A stretch of DNA of 64,000 nucleotides from the human T2T-CHM13v2.0 reference genome, Homo sapiens. Position numbers and translations under genes: made by a program. Shown in pieces: positions 36,043 to 50,977 of this stretch. A model generated the notes under the pieces. That model made no database searches, had not been told where the DNA came from, and saw only the letters and a list, made by a program, of their open reading frames with translations. The DNA is taken from assembly GCF_009914755.1 (NCBI RefSeq), contig NC_060929.1; one strand, 5' to 3'. Position 1 is the stretch's first letter; each line of letters begins with the position of its first letter.

Positions 36043-36183
36043 ATGGTGGATGCCCCTCCCCCCGCCAAGCAGCAGCATTGCAGGTTGATGTCATACTGCT
36101 GCGCTAGCAGTGAGCAAGGCACCGTGGGGCTGGGACCCACCGAGCCAGGCACAGGAGGGAATTTCCTGGTCTGCCGGTTGTGA
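36043..36183 (+). other. L1-c antisense ORF0 homolog (46 aa, truncated)
   Basis: MVDAPPPAK...CCAS...GPTEPG resembles ORF0p. Confidence 0.65.
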
Positions 36184-37729
36184 AGACTGTGGGAAAAGCA
36201 TAGTATTTGGACAGGAGTGTACCATTCCTCCAGGTACAGACTGTCACAGCTTCCCTTGGCTAGGAAAGGGTAATACCCTGACCCCTTGCACTTCCTGGGT
36301 GAGGTGACACACTGCCCTGCTTCAGCTCGCCCTCCATGGGCTGCACCCACTGTCCAACCAGTCCCAATGAGATGAACCAGGTACCTCAGTTGGAAATGCA
36401 GAAATCACCCTTCTTCTGTGTTGATCTCGCTGGGAACTGCAGACCAGAGCTGTTGCTATATGGCCATCTTGGAACTCTGAAATGGACCTCTTTCTTACAC
36501 CACATACAAAAATAAACTCAAGATGGATTAAAGACTTAAATGTAAAACCTAAAACTATAAAAACCCAGGAAGATAACCTAGGAAATACCATTCTGAATAT
36601 AGGACTTGGCAAAGATTTCATGACAAAGATGCTGAAAGAAATTATAACAAAAACAAAAATTGATGAATGGGTTCTAATTAACCTAAAGAGATTCTTCACT
36701 GCAAAAGAAACTATGAATTGAGTAAAGAAACAACCTATAGAATGGGAGAAAATGTTTGCAAACTATGCAAACAGGTGATGGCATCTTAGACTCAACAAAA
36801 TACACAAGCATGTGTAAATCCATTTTAATCCACAACCTGGGAGTAGGGAGTTAATATTGTACATGCCTCAATCAAGAATCTACCCTCTTGGAGCAATTCC
36901 TTAGTATTTGAAAGATCCTTTCAGAAGTCGACAACCTAGAACTATTCAACCAAGAGCTATTCAACTATTACACTCTGAATCAGAGAGTTTGTTTTGCTAG
37001 AAATAATTTTTTGTTAGTAAAATGAATGGTTTCAAGGTATCTGAATTGGCTAGAAATATTTTCCAGGCACCTGTGCTCAGGCATGGCCAGGGCACAAAAG
37101 TCTCACTAGCAGTCTAACACCAGGCCTATGATGACATTAAGTCTTTGGATTCCACAGAATTGCTAAGAATTCTGCTGCGTGCTTTAACTTTCAAAGAGGC
37201 TACGGACAGAGAGTGGAAACTTCGCTGGGCTCCCAAGACAGGTTTTCTGCTTCCTTATTAAACAAAGCTTTTTGGCAATGAGGTGGGCAGAATTCATTCT
37301 AAGACTTGCTTTCTTTGTCAACACTTGGTAATAAGGTGATGGAGGATGAGAAGGAAAGCCCTCACCTACCTCTGCTCTTGGGAGGCAATCTATATCTCCC
37401 AAAATCACTGGACAAGTGTGAAGGCCAAACTGACCCATCTGCAGCTGGAAGCCTGCCCAGTTCCTGACCTCCGGTCACCACCGTCACCAAAGTCACTTCT
37501 ATTAGCCACCCAGGGTACAACTGATTCAAGAACTGTAACTCAAGTCATGAACCTCTGCAATCATGAAAACCTCTCTTCTTCGCACAAATATATGAATAAA
37601 ATGACATTGGCACAAGTTCAGCTTGTAGAAATTCATTTAATGTTGCCTCAGGTAATTAGTTTATTTGGTCTGTCAAAGTGACCCAAAGCTTATCCATTTG
37701 GAGTCTCTGTTATGAACAGACATATAGTA

Positions 37730-37742
37730 GTTGCTAAGCAAC
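37730..37742. promoter_or_regulatory. RFX X-box-like palindrome in unique sequence
   Basis: GTTGCTAAGCAAC; motif match only. Confidence 0.4.
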
Positions 37743-38240
37743 ATCATGCATTGTTGTTTCCTCATCCAATTTAAAATTTTCAATTCACAGTAAAGGTCTT
37801 CAGAGAAAAGTTATTGTGCAGGGTGGGCCAAATACCATTTTTCACTGTAGCCCATTCAATTTAGAAAAGAAATTACAGCGTACCATTTAATCAACATAAA
37901 ATGATTTGTACAGAACATTTAACATCTTCTTGAAATGCAGCTGTCTTCTTTTACTAATCAGATCTACTTAATTTATTTTAAACTTTCCCAAGGAGATTTT
38001 TTCTCCTTCAATCCTTGACCCTTCCTCCATTCCCTCAACTTTCAAGCCAATTTGCAGATACCCGTTAGCATGGGAACTGGGAGACGTGGGAAGGAAGATT
38101 TGGAAATATAAGATATACTCTTCTTATCTTGTAGTTTAGTCATGGGAAAGGAGTCTCAAGTAGTTGAGTCATTCTAATGAGTCACTTACATGAAATTCCA
38201 ACTTTATTATAAAGAAGACTTATTTAACATAGTAGTTTCT

Positions 38241-38594
<354 letters not shown>

Positions 38595-39349
38595 CTAATA
38601 ATACCTGGTATTACCTTCAAGTATCTTGAAAAAGTGTCTCTGAGGTTCCCTCCCAAAGGATAGAATGTCACATTTTTTCATTTCGCCAGTAATATTTCTT
38701 GGCATTAAGATTAACTTTTTGGCAAAACTCCTTGGCAAGGAAATACATTTTCACAAAATACACAAAGCCATTTCTGCATAGTGACCCTCTCATTGCATGT
38801 TGAGTGTATTGAAACATCAAGTGAATCAAAATGGATTAAAATACACTCTTGATTATCACAATTTCTTGGAATGTGGAACAATCTAGAATTGAAACCTTGC
38901 AAATTTAGGCTAATGGAAGAAAAGAACTATGAACATGAATAAATGGACAAAATAAGTGGAATATTTTAAAGGAAATATAATTTTGTTACCATAACAATAT
39001 GGAGAAAATCTGATTATCTCAGCAGTAAAATAGCTCCTAGGACAAGATTGATTTTTATTGGCTTAAAACATTATTAAGTTTCTTGGTTTGTGTGTATATG
39101 GTGGGAGGATATTCCCCAGGTAATATGTTTAAATTACAATAGAAGAGGGAACCAATAAGTTACTGGGGGTTGGGGGGAGGTCAGTTTATTCTTGACTTTA
39201 GGATTTGTTTTCATTATAGAGGCTTTCATTTTAGGGGACAGAGTATGGGAACAGGTAGACACATGAGAAAAGAAACTTTAGAGAAACAGTCCAGGGATTT
39301 AACTGAGGGGGTTTACTAAAGTTTGCTGTAGGTATGGCCCCACACTCTC

Positions 39350-39770
39350 CTCCCTAGTGATGCAGCTGAGCATGCTGTTTAAGGAACCAAAAATACCTGG
39401 GTTCAATTCTCAGCTGTGCTGTCATAAACCTATGATCTTGGACTAATCACATATACCTTTCTGTACCTCAACATTCCCATTTGTAAAATAGGAATGAGGA
39501 TGGTAATACCTCAAAATGTAGTTATGCAGATTAATGGGTTAATCCACAACAGATTCAGCTTCCTGGGCTTATGATCTCTGCAGTCCCACAGGGCCTCGTG
39601 CTTAGTATGGTCTCCTTCTTGGTTTAATGCTCTGCTGTCATCTTGAAATTCCTAATCAGTTTAGAACAAGCAAGAAAACTTTGACCTGGGCCCCACAAAT
39701 TCTGTAGCATGCCCCTAGATACATAAAATATTCAGAACAAATCCTGGCCCATCATCAGTGCCAGATGTTG
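39350..39770 (+). mobile_element. MIR interrupted by a MER91-like hAT-Tip100 element (about 39555-39716)
   Basis: cctgggttcaattctcagct...tgtaaaataggaatg; ttggtttaatgctctgctg...gggccccacaaatt. Confidence 0.55.
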
Positions 39771-40140
39771 TCTTTATTCTCCTTCTCCCACCACAATTTT
39801 TGTTTTACTTCCCAGTACTCAGATCTAATAGTGACGCTAAAATTTAGGGGGTAAAAGGAGAGCAGGAGGTTGATAGAGGAGCCAGTCTGCTGCACAAAGT
39901 ACTCACTTCTGCAGTATCCCACCAATGAATGAGGCAGGATAAAAACAGGGGCTACCCAAGGGGATCCAGAAAATCTGGGTTATTTTACTTGCAAGTTTGG
40001 ATAGAAACTACATAGGCTGGTAAAACATGCATTGATGGAGAAGTCTTCATGAATCAAATTTAGTGAGTAGCTAATAGTATGTCAGCTATTATTTAAATCA
40101 ATTATTTACATGTAAACAAGTACTTTAAAAGTACAAGACA

Positions 40141-43100
40141 ACTTCTGGTTCCAAAATGGCAGCATAGAAACAAGCTGGCTTCACTTCTCCACACCCCCTG
40201 ACAGAAAACCAAAAACCAAATGTATAGCACCAAGTTTATCACCAACAATATTCCAGAACTCAAATGCAAGGAGACAGTTCCTGGGGTCACAGAGAAGTGA
40301 ATAAACTCCAAGAAGACAGTAAGAGAATCAGACTTTCATGTCCAAGATGCCTCTTGCCGCAGTTTATCCAGCACCAAATGTGTGGAATAATTCCCCACAA
40401 CTCAGAGTTTCTACACTGGAAAAAGTGAAATCAAGGTAGAAAACCACCTTCCGCACCATCTTGGGTTCCCTGGGAGGAGACTTGTCCCTGCCCCAACCCA
40501 CAGAAGCACTGGAGTATCTGAAAGGAGAAATGTCCCTGAGGACAGCCAGAGACAAATGGGGGAGCCCTGAAAACTCTGCTCTGTAGATAGGCCAAATCAG
40601 AATGGCTGTTGAGCAGCACCACAACGTAGGGGATTTGTTCTATGAGTCCCTCAGGCAGGAACCCCTACCCAACCTTCCCATGCTGCCAGAATATCTGAGA
40701 CCTCCCCCACCTAAGATGGGTGGAACTCTGATTCTTTTCTAGGACTGAGGCAAACCTGGGCTTAACCACCATCTAGTGTTGAAAATGAGGCAGTAACATA
40801 GTGGGGGTGGTGGGAGAGAGAAAATCTGCAGGAAAATTAAAAAGAAACTCTAAACACATCCAACAAAAAAACAGTACAAGCCAGACAAAGAAGATTAGAA
40901 TGAATAACTATTCAATCCAAAGGCACAGATGTACATCCAAAAGGACCAAGAGAAAAAGAGAACCATGACTTCCCCAAAAGGACAAAGCAAGGTACAAGTG
41001 ACTGACCCTAACAAGACAATGAAACATAAGCTTTCTGACCAAAAATTCAAAATAGCACTTTTAAAGAAATTTGGTGATCTCTAAGATAACACAGAAAGGC
41101 AATTCAGAAGTCTATCAGAGAAATTTAACAATGAGATTAAAATAATTTTTTAAAAATCAAACAAATCTTAGAACTGAGAGACACATTGGCTGAAATGAAC
41201 AATTTATTAAAGTCTCTCAACAGCAGGATTCGTCAAAGAAAAGAAAGAATCAGTGAACTTAAAGACAGGCTATTTGAAAATATATAGAGAAGAAAATTTA
41301 AAAAAACGAATGAAAAGAAACAAAGATCACCTAAAAATATAGAACATTACCTCAAAAGACCAAATCTAAAAATTATTGGTATTCAAGAGCAAGGTGAGTA
41401 GGATCCAAAGGTAGAAAGTTTACTCAAAGAAATAATAACAAGAAACTTTCCAAAACTTGAAAAAGAGATACATATGAGGCACAGAAAGGTCAGAGAACAT
41501 CAAACAGATTTGACCCAAGTGAAACTACCCTAAGGCATATAATAAACAAACTCTCAAAGGTCAAGGACATATAGAAGATCTCAAAAGCAGCAAGATAAAA
41601 AGCAAATAACCTAAAGAAACTCCAATGCATCTAGCAACAGACTTCACAACAGAAACCAAACAGGCCACAAGGGACTCGGATGACATTTTCAAAGTGATAT
41701 TAAAAAAAAAAATAAGAACACTATCATCTGAGAATACCATATCCAGCAAAGCTATACTTCAAATATGAAGGAGATGGAAAGTCTTTTCCAGACAAACAAA
41801 AGCTGAGAGAATTCACTACCACCAGAACCATTTTACAAGAAACACTAAAGGGATTTCTGCAATTGGAGAGAAAAAAAAACCCACTAACATGCAAAAAGAA
41901 AACATTTGAAGGTATAAAACCCACTGGTATTAAGTACATGGACAAACCCAGACTAATGCAATACTGTAATTGTGGTGTGTAACCCACTCATATTCTAGTA
42001 TGAAGACAAAAAGACAAACCTATCAAAAATAGTGATAGCAACAGCAATGTGTTAAGAGATAGGTAATATAAAAATATGTAAATTAAGTCAAAATATAGGG
42101 GTGGGATGGAGTTAAAGTGTAGAGTTTATTTTTCTCATTGTTTGTTTATTTCTATTATTTTCTTTGTGATCTAAGTAAAGTTACCAACTTTTTAAAATAA
42201 CTTGTTTTATCTATAAGATGTTTTTGTAAGCCTCATGGTAACCACAATGCAAAAACCTATGGTATATTCACTAAAAATGAAAAGCAATGAATTAAAACAT
42301 ACTTTCGGAGAAAAATCACATAACTACAAATGAAGACAGTAAGAAAGGAAGAGAGAAGTTACAAAACAACCAGAAAACAAGCAACAAAATTGCATTACTA
42401 AGTCTTCACTTATGAATAATAACACTAAATATTAATGGACTCAATTCTCCAATTAAAAGACACAAAGTGGCAGAATGGATAAAGAAACAAGACCCAACTA
42501 TATGTTACCTACAATAAACACATTTTACCTATTAAGACACACAAACACTGAAGGGGAAAGGATGAAAAACATATTCCATGTAAGTGGAAACAAAAAAATA
42601 GCAGGAGTAGCTATACTTAGATAAAATAGACTACAAATCAAACGTAAAAAGAGACAAGGTCATTATATAATGAAAGACGTCAGTTCAGTAAGAGGATATA
42701 ACAACTTTAAATATTTCTGCATCCAACACCAAAGCACTCAAGTATATAAAGCACATATTAATATCTAAAGGGAGAGAGAAACTGCAATACAATAATAGTA
42801 GGGGACGTTAACATCCCACTCTCAGTAACGGGCAGATCATCCACACACAGAAAGTGAACAAAGAAATATTGGAGTTAAACCACACACTAAACCAAATAGG
42901 CCTAACTGACATTTACAGAACATTTTACCCACCTACAGCAGAATACACATACTTTTCATTAGCACATGACACATTCTTCAAAATAGACCATATCTTAGGC
43001 CATAAAACAAGTCTCAACAAATTCAAGCATGGGAAGATGGGCGGGGGGTGAGGGATGAGAAATTACTTAAAGGATGCAATGTGTAATATTTGGGCAATGG

Positions 43101-43912
43101 CTATTCTAAAAGCCCAGAATTCATCACTATGCAATATACCCATGTCACAAAATGACCCTTGTACCCCCTAAACCTATAGAAAGAAAATTTTTTGAAAAAA
43201 AATCAAGAAAGTAGAAATCACATTAAGTATCTTTTCTGGGGACAATGGAATAAAACTAGAAATCAATAACAAGAGGAACATTGGAAACTACACAAATGCA
43301 TAGAAACACATAGAAATTCAACAACATGATCATGAACAACAAATAGGTAAATGAAGAAATTAAGAAGGAAATTTTAAAATTTGTATGAAACAAATGTAAA
43401 TACATTTGTGTTGAAACAAATGCAAATGGAAATACAACATACCAAATTCTACAGGATACAGAAAAAGTGGTACTAAGAGGGAAGTTTATAGCAGTAAACA
43501 CCTATATCAAAAGGCAGACAGACTTCAAATGGATAACTTAATAAGGTACCTCAAGGAACTTGAAAAACAAAAAGCAAACCAAATCCAAAATTAGAAAAAA
43601 ATGAAATAACAAGAATCGGAGCAAAAATAAATGAAATTAAGACTAAAAAAAATACAGATCAACAAAATGAAAAGTTGATTTTTTAAAAGATAAATGAAAT
43701 TAAAGCTTTTGCTAGACTAAAAAAAAGAGAGAAAACCCAAATAAATAAAATCAGAAAAAGATGTAACAAATGAGACCACAGAAATACAAAGAATCATTAG
43801 AAACTATTATGAAAAACTATACACCAAAAAAATTGAAAAACCTAGAAGAAATGGACAAATTTTTGAACACATATAAGCAACAAGATAGAACCATGAAGAA
43901 ACAGAAAACAAT
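40141..43912 (+). mobile_element. Old L1M 5' half (5' UTR, ORF1, ORF2 endonuclease region), 3'-truncated
   Basis: acttctggttccaaaatggc start; degraded ORF1/ORF2 (LTDIYRTFYP, KIDHILGHK). Confidence 0.85.
43028..43195 (+). mobile_element. Short L1PB/L1MA1-like 3' end nested in L1M
   Basis: gggtgagggatgagaaattac...aaaagcccagaattcatcactatgcaatatacccatg; TSD-like aaattcaag/aaaatcaag. Confidence 0.75.
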
Positions 43913-46900
43913 TAGACTATTATTTACTATAGTCACCCTGTTGTGCCATCAAATAGTAGGTCTTATTCATTCTTTCCAACTTTTTTTTACACATCCCACC
44001 TCACCTCACCCCCATTCCCCAACTAACCTTCCCAGCCTCTGGCAAACATCCTTCTACTCTCTATGTCCATGAGTTTAATTGCTTTGATATTTAGGTCCCA
44101 TAAATAATTGAGAACATGTGATGTTTGTCTTTCTATGCCTGGCTTATTTCACTTAACATAACGATCTCTGGTTCCATCCATATTGTTGCAAATGACTGAA
44201 TCTCATTCTTTTTTATGGCTGAATAGTACTCCATTGTGTATATGTAACAAATTTTCTTTATTCATTCATCTGTTGATGGACACTTACGTTGCTTCCAAAT
44301 CTTAGCTATTGTGAACAGTCCTGCAATAAACATAGGAGTGCAGATGTATCTTTGATATACTGATTTCCTCTCCTTTGGATATAAACCCAGCAGTGGGATT
44401 GCTGGGGCCATATGGTAGCTTTATTTTAGTTTTTTGAGGAACCTCCAAACTGTTCTCCATAATAGTTGTACTAATTAATATTCCCACCAACAGTGTACAA
44501 GGATTCCCTTTTTCCACATCCTCATCAATATTTATTGTCTTTTGAACATGAACCATTTTAACTGGGATGAGATGATATCTCATTGTAACTTTGGTTTGCA
44601 TTTCTCTGATGATCAATGACGTTGAGCACCTTTTCATATGCCCGTTTTCCATTTGTATGTCTTATTTTGAAAAATGTCTATTCAAATCTTTTGCCCATTT
44701 TTTTGATCAGATTGTTAGGTTTTTTTTCTTACAGAGTTGTTTGAGCGCCATATATATTCTGGTTATTAATACCTTGTCAGAAGTGGGGGTAGTTTGCAAA
44801 TATTTTCTCCCATTCTCTGGGTTTTCTCTTCACTTTGTTGATTGTTTATTTTGCTGTGCAGAAGCTTTTTAACTTAATGTGATCCCATTTGTCCATGTTT
44901 GCTTTAGTTGCCTGTGCTTGTAGGGTATTACTCAAAAAATTTTTACCCAGAGTGGTATCCTGGAGATTTTCCCCAGTGTTTTTTTGTAGTAGTTTTATAG
45001 GCTGATGTCTTGGATTTAAGTTTTTAATCCACTTTGATTTTTGTATATGGCAAGAGATGGAGTCTAGTTTCATTCTTCTGTATGTGGATATCTAGTTTTC
45101 CCAGGACCATTTATTTAAGAGACTGTCTTTCTCTAGTGTATGTTCTTATATAACGGTTGTCGACAATGAGTTCACTGCACATGTGTGCATTTATTTCTGG
45201 GTTCTCTACTCTGTTCCATTGGTCTATGTGTCTGTGTTTATGCCAATGCCATGCTGTTTTGGCTACTATAGCTCTGTAGTATAATGTGAGGTCAGATAAT
45301 GTGATTCTTCCGGTTTTGTTCTTTTTGCTTAGGATAGCTTTGGTGATTCTGGGTCTTTTATGGTTCCATATAAATTTTAAAATTTTTATTTGTGTGAATA
45401 ATGTCATTGATATTTTGATAGGGATTGCATTAAATCTGTAAATTGCTTTGGGGAATATGGACATTTTAACAATATTGATTTTTCCAATCCATGAACATGT
45501 AATATTTTTCCATTTTTGGGTATTCTCTTCAATTTCTTTCAAAAGTATTTTATAGTTTTTATTACAGAGGTTTTTTTACTTCTGTGGTTAATTCCTAGGT
45601 ATTTAATTATGTTTGTGGCTATTGTAAATGAGATTACTTTTTTGTTTCTTTTTCAGATTATTCACTATTGGCACATAGAAATGCTACTGACTTTTTTTTG
45701 TATGTTGATTTTGTATCCTGCAACTTTGCTGAATTTGTTTATCAGTTCTAATAGTTTTTTGGTGGAGTCCTTAGTTTCTTCCAAATATAAGATTATATCA
45801 CCTGCAAACAAGGATAATTTGACTTCTTCCTTTCCAATTTAGATGCCGTCTATTTCTTTCTCTTGTCTGATTGCTCTAGCTAGGACTTCTAGTACTACGT
45901 TGAATAACACTGGTGGAAATGGGCTTCCTTGTTGTGTACTAGATCTTAGAGGAAAGGCTTTCAGTTTTTCCTCATTCAGTATGATACTAACTGTCGGGTT
46001 GTTGTATATGGCCTTTGGTTATGTTGAGGTATGTTCCTTCTATACCCAGGTTTCTGAGTGTTTTTTACATGAAGAGATGTTGAATTTTACCAAATGCTTT
46101 TTCAGCATTAATTAAAATGATCATTTGTTTTTTGTCCTACATTCTATTGATATAATGTATCATGTTGATTTATTTCCATATGTTGAACCATCCTTGCATC
46201 CCAGGAACAAATCCTACTTGGTCATGATGAATGATCTTTTTAATGTGTTGTTGAATTTGGTTTGCTAGCATTTTGTTGAGGATTTCTGCATCAAAATTTA
46301 TCAGAGATATTGACCTGTACTTTTCTTTTCTTGATTTGTCTTGTTTGAGCATCAGGGTAATACTGGCCTTGTAGAATTAGTTTGAAAGTATTCCCTCCGC
46401 CTCTATTTTTTGGAAAACTTTGAGCAGGATTGGTATTAGTTCTTTAAATGTTTGGTAGAATTAAGCAGGGAAGCCCTGGGGTCCTGGGCTTTTCTTTACT
46501 GGGAGACATTTTATTCTGACTGCAGTCTCATGACTTGTTATTGAACTGTTCAGGTTTTGGATTTCTTCCTGGTTCAATCTTGGTAGATTGTATATATCTA
46601 GGAATTTGTCCATTTCTTCTAGATTTTCAAATTTATTGGCATATAGCTGCTCATAGTAGCCACTAATGATCCTTTGAATTTCTCTGGTATCAGTCATAAT
46701 GTCTCCTTTTTCATCTCTGATTTACTTCAATCTTTTTTCTTAGTCCAGCTAAAAGTTTGTCAATTTTAACTTTTCAAAAATCCAACTTTTTGTTTCACTG
46801 ATGTTTTGTATTGTTTTCTTCATTTTAAATTAATTTTATTTCTGCTCTGATCTTTATTATTTCTTCTACTAATTTTGGGTTTCGTTTCCTCTTGCTTTTC

Positions 46901-49900
46901 TAGTTCTTCCAGATGCATCCTTAGGTTATCTATCTGAAGTTTTTCTTCTTTTTTGATGTAGGCACTTATACTATGAACTTTCCTGTTAGTACCACTTTTG
47001 CCATATCCACATGTTCTGTTAGTCGTTGGATGAAATGTTCTGTAAATATTAATTAGATCCATTTGATCTATAATGCAGAGTAAGTCTGATGTTTCCTTAT
47101 TGATTTTCTGTCTGGAAGATTTGTCAAATGCTGAAACTGGGGTGTTACAGTCTCCAGCTGTTATTGCATTGGGGGTCATCTCTTTATCTCTAATAATATT
47201 TTCTTTAAATATCTGGGTTCTCCCATGTTAGGTGCATATATGTTTAAAATTGTTATATCCTCTTGTTGAGTTGACCGCTTTATCATCCTATAGTGACCCT
47301 CTTTGTCTCTTCTTATGGTTTTTTGTCTTGAAACTTATTTTTTCTGATACAAGTATAGGTACTCCTGCTTTTTGATTTCCATTGACATTGAATATCTTTC
47401 TATCCCTTTATTTTTAGTCTGTCTTTATACATGAAGTGCATTTCTTGTAGACAACAAATCAAATGGGCTTGTTTTATCCATTTGGCCTTTGTATGTCTTT
47501 TTGGTTGGAGAGATTAGTTCATTTACATTCAGTGTTATTATTGATAAGTAAGGAGTTACTCTTGTTATTTTGTTATTTGTTTTCTGGTTGTTTTGTGGTC
47601 TTCTCTTCCTTTTTTTTCCTCCATCTTCCTTTTAGTGAAGGTGATTTTCTCTGATGGTATGATTTAGTTTCTTGCTTTTTATTTTTTGTGTATCCATTGT
47701 ATTTTTTTTTTTTTTTTTTTTGGTTTGTGATTACCATGAGGCTTGCAAATTCTATCTAAAAACCCATTGTTTTAAGCTGATAACAACACTGTTGGCATAA
47801 ACAAAAAGAAAACCAATAAAAGCTCTACACCTTAATTTTCTTCCCCTGCTTTTTAATTTTCTGTTGTTTCTATTTATATCTTATTGTACTGTCTGTCTTG
47901 AAAAGTTGTAGTTATTTTTGGTTGGTTCATCATTTAGTCTTTCTACTTGGGATAAGAGTAGTTTACACAACACAGTTACAGTGTTATAATATTCTGTGTC
48001 TTTCTGTGTATTTACTATTAGCAGTGAGTTGTGTGCCTTCATTCGGTGATTACTTACTGCTCATTAACATCCTTTTCTTGCCGACTGAAGTACTCCCTTT
48101 AGCACTTCTTGTAGGACAGATGAAACCCCTCAGCTTTTGCATGGAAAAGTATTTCTTTCTCCTTCATGTTTGAAGGATATTTTCACTGGACATACTATTC
48201 TAGGGTAAAAGGTTTTTTCCTTCTTCAGCACTTTAAATACTTCATGTCACTCTCTCCTGGCCTGTAAAAAGTCAGATGCTGGAAGTACTGGACCTCCACT
48301 GTATGCTATTTCTTTCTTTTTTTAATGCTGCTTTTAGGATCGTTTCTTTATCCTTGACCTTTGAGAATTTGATTATTAAATGCCTTGAGGTAGTCTTCTT
48401 TGGGTTAAGTCTGCTTAGTGTTCTATGACACCAAACCTTAGGTATCTAGGTTTGGGAAGTTCTCTGTTATTATTATTTTTTAAGACACTTTCTACCCCTA
48501 TCTCTTTCTCTACTCCTTCTTTAGGACCAATAACTCTTAGATTTGCCCTTTTGAAGCTATTTTCTAGATCCTGTAGGTGTGCTTTATATTTTTTTCCTTT
48601 TGTCTCTTCTGTGTATTTTCAAATAGTTCACTGTTTGCAAATAATAGAATTAGTCTTTAAGCTCACTGATTCTTTCTTCTGCTTAGTCAATTCTGCTATT
48701 AAAGGACTCTGATATATTCTTCAACATGTCAACTGCATTTTTCAGCTCCAGAATTTCTGCTTGATTCTTTTTAATTATTTCAATCTCTTTGGTAAATGTA
48801 TCTGATAATTTCTAAATTTCTTCTGTTATCTTGAATTTGAGTTTCCTCAAAACAGCTATTTTGAATTCTCTGTCTGAAAGGTCACATATCTTTGTTTCTC
48901 CAGGATTGTTCCCTGGTGATTTATTTAGTTTATTTGGTGAGGTCATGTTTTTCTGGGTTGCCTTGATACTTGATGTTCATCTGTGTCTGGGCATTAAAGA
49001 GTTAGGTATTAATTGTAATCGTCACAGTCTGGGCTTGTTTTCACCTGTCATTCTTGGTAAGACTTTTCAGATAGTCTAAAGGACTTGGGTGTTATGATCT
49101 AAGCTATATCTGCTTTAGGGGGTACCTCAAGCCCAGTAACACTGTGGTTCTTGCAGACCCATTGAGGTACCACCTTGATGGTCTTGAACAAGATCCGGTA
49201 GAATCTGCCTGGATTACCAGGCAAAGACTTGTTCTTTTCTCTTAGTTTCTCCCAAACAAACAGAGGCTTTCTCTCTGTTCTGAGCCACGTGAAGCTTGGC
49301 ATAGAGTGACACTAGCACCCCTGTGGCCACCACCATTAGGACTGCACTGAGTTTTGCCCAAGACCTGTAACCACTCCCTGGCTACTGCCTAGGTTCTGCC
49401 AAGGCCCTGGGGCTCTGCAATCAGCAGGTGCCAAAGTCACCCAGGCCTGTGTCCTTCTTTTCAGGATGGCAAGTTCCCCTCAAGCTCCAGACAGGTCCAG
49501 AGGGGCTATCCAGGAGCCAGGGACCAGAGTCAAAAACCTTAGAAATCTATCAAGCGTTCTATTGTGCTGCAGCTGAGCTGGCACTCAAACCACAAGATGC
49601 AGTCCTTCCTACTCTTTCCTCCTCTTTCCAAAAGCAGAGGAGCCTTGCCCCACTGTGGTGGCCATTGCCACCCCTGGCAACAAGGAGTACTGCCAGACTA
49701 CTGCCAATGTTCCCATAAGGCCCCAAGGCTCTTTAGTCAGCTCGTGGTGAATGCTGCCTAGCCTGGGACTCACCTTTCAGGGCACTGGGCTTCCCTCTGA
49801 CCCAGAGCAGGTCCAGAAATGCCATCCAATAGTCAAGTCCTAGAATCAGGGAGTCCAAGAGCCTGCTTGCTGCTCTAAGCACCTGTGGCTGAGCTGGTAC

Positions 49901-50977
49901 CTAAGGTGCAAGACAAAGTCCCCTTTACTTTTCCCTCTGCTTTTCTCAAGCAGAAGGAGTCTTGCCCTATAGCTCCCCCAACTGGTAATGTACTGAGTCT
50001 CACCTGAAGCCAGCAAGTCCAAGGCTCACCCAAGGCCCTCAACATAGTACCTGGGTATGGCTGTTGGTTATCCAGGGCCCAAAGGCTCTTCAGTTAGCAG
50101 GTGATGAATACTGCAAGGACTGAGTTCTTCTCTTCAAGGCAGTGGGTTCCCTCCTGGCCCAGAGTGTGTCTAGAAATGTTGTCCAGTAGCTAGGGCCTGG
50201 AAAAGGGGCCTCATGACTCTGCCTGGTACCCTATTCTGCTCTAGCTGAGCTGGTATCCAAGATGCAAGACAAAGTCCTCCCCACTCTTCCCTCTCCTCCC
50301 CTCAAGCAAAATGAAGGGGTCTCTTTTCGAGTAGGTGAGCTGTGCAGCCAGCAGTTAGGGGAGGGGTGATGCCAGCACTTCCTCAGCCACCCCAGCTGTT
50401 GTCTCAGTAGCTTATGTGTCCCCCCAGGCCACTGGCTCTGGGCCCAGGACTCACCTAGAAGTTGCAGTCCCTGTGGCCTACACTGCCTTTCAAGCTTATC
50501 TGGGGCCCCAGAGTATTTTAGCTCATGGTGGTGTGGCTTGCAAGAACCCAAGTTCTGACTGCTGGGATCAGTGATTCCTCTGTGGCTAGGGCTGGTTTAA
50601 ATGTCCCATCAGTGGGCAGATGTCAGCTGAGTTTGTTCCAGTTTTCCTCTTTGCTGTAACAGGACAGCACTAAGTCCAATGCCTCACAATTGCTGCACCC
50701 TCCCTCCCCCAGTGCACAGAAATGGTTTCCACACCTCACCTCACTGCTAGATGGTGGGGGATGGGGGATGTCAGCAATTCAAGACTGTTTTTTCTGTCTC
50801 TTCAGTGCCTCTTTCAGCAATATGAAGTTAAAACAAGGTACTGTGAGTGCTTACCTGATTTTTGGTTCTTATGAGGTTTTTTTTTTTGTGCGTAGATAGT
50901 TGTTAAATTGTTGTCCTTGTGGGAGGGAATGATCCATGGAGTCTTCTATTCTGCTATATTATTCCACCCCTCTCCCC
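43913..50977 (-). mobile_element. Near full-length L1MA2/3-like element with internal deletions
   Basis: 3' UTR ctatagtcaccctgttgtg..., minus-strand ORF2 fragments, tandem-unit 5' UTR at 49400-50330, 5' end ttctattctgctatattattccacccc. Confidence 0.88.

Larger units (their letters stand above)
30340..36477 (-). mobile_element. Full-length LINE-1, L1PA6-like, inactive (L1-c)
   Basis: 3' end ttatactttaag at 30358, 5' end ggccatcttggaac at about 36475; TSD tgaaa(c)tggacctctttctt at 30222-30241 and 36478-36496. Confidence 0.97.

Noticed and set aside
49395-50330. Three diverged units of about 350 bp
   Set aside because: Lie within the L1MA 5' UTR, where such duplications are an expected family feature.
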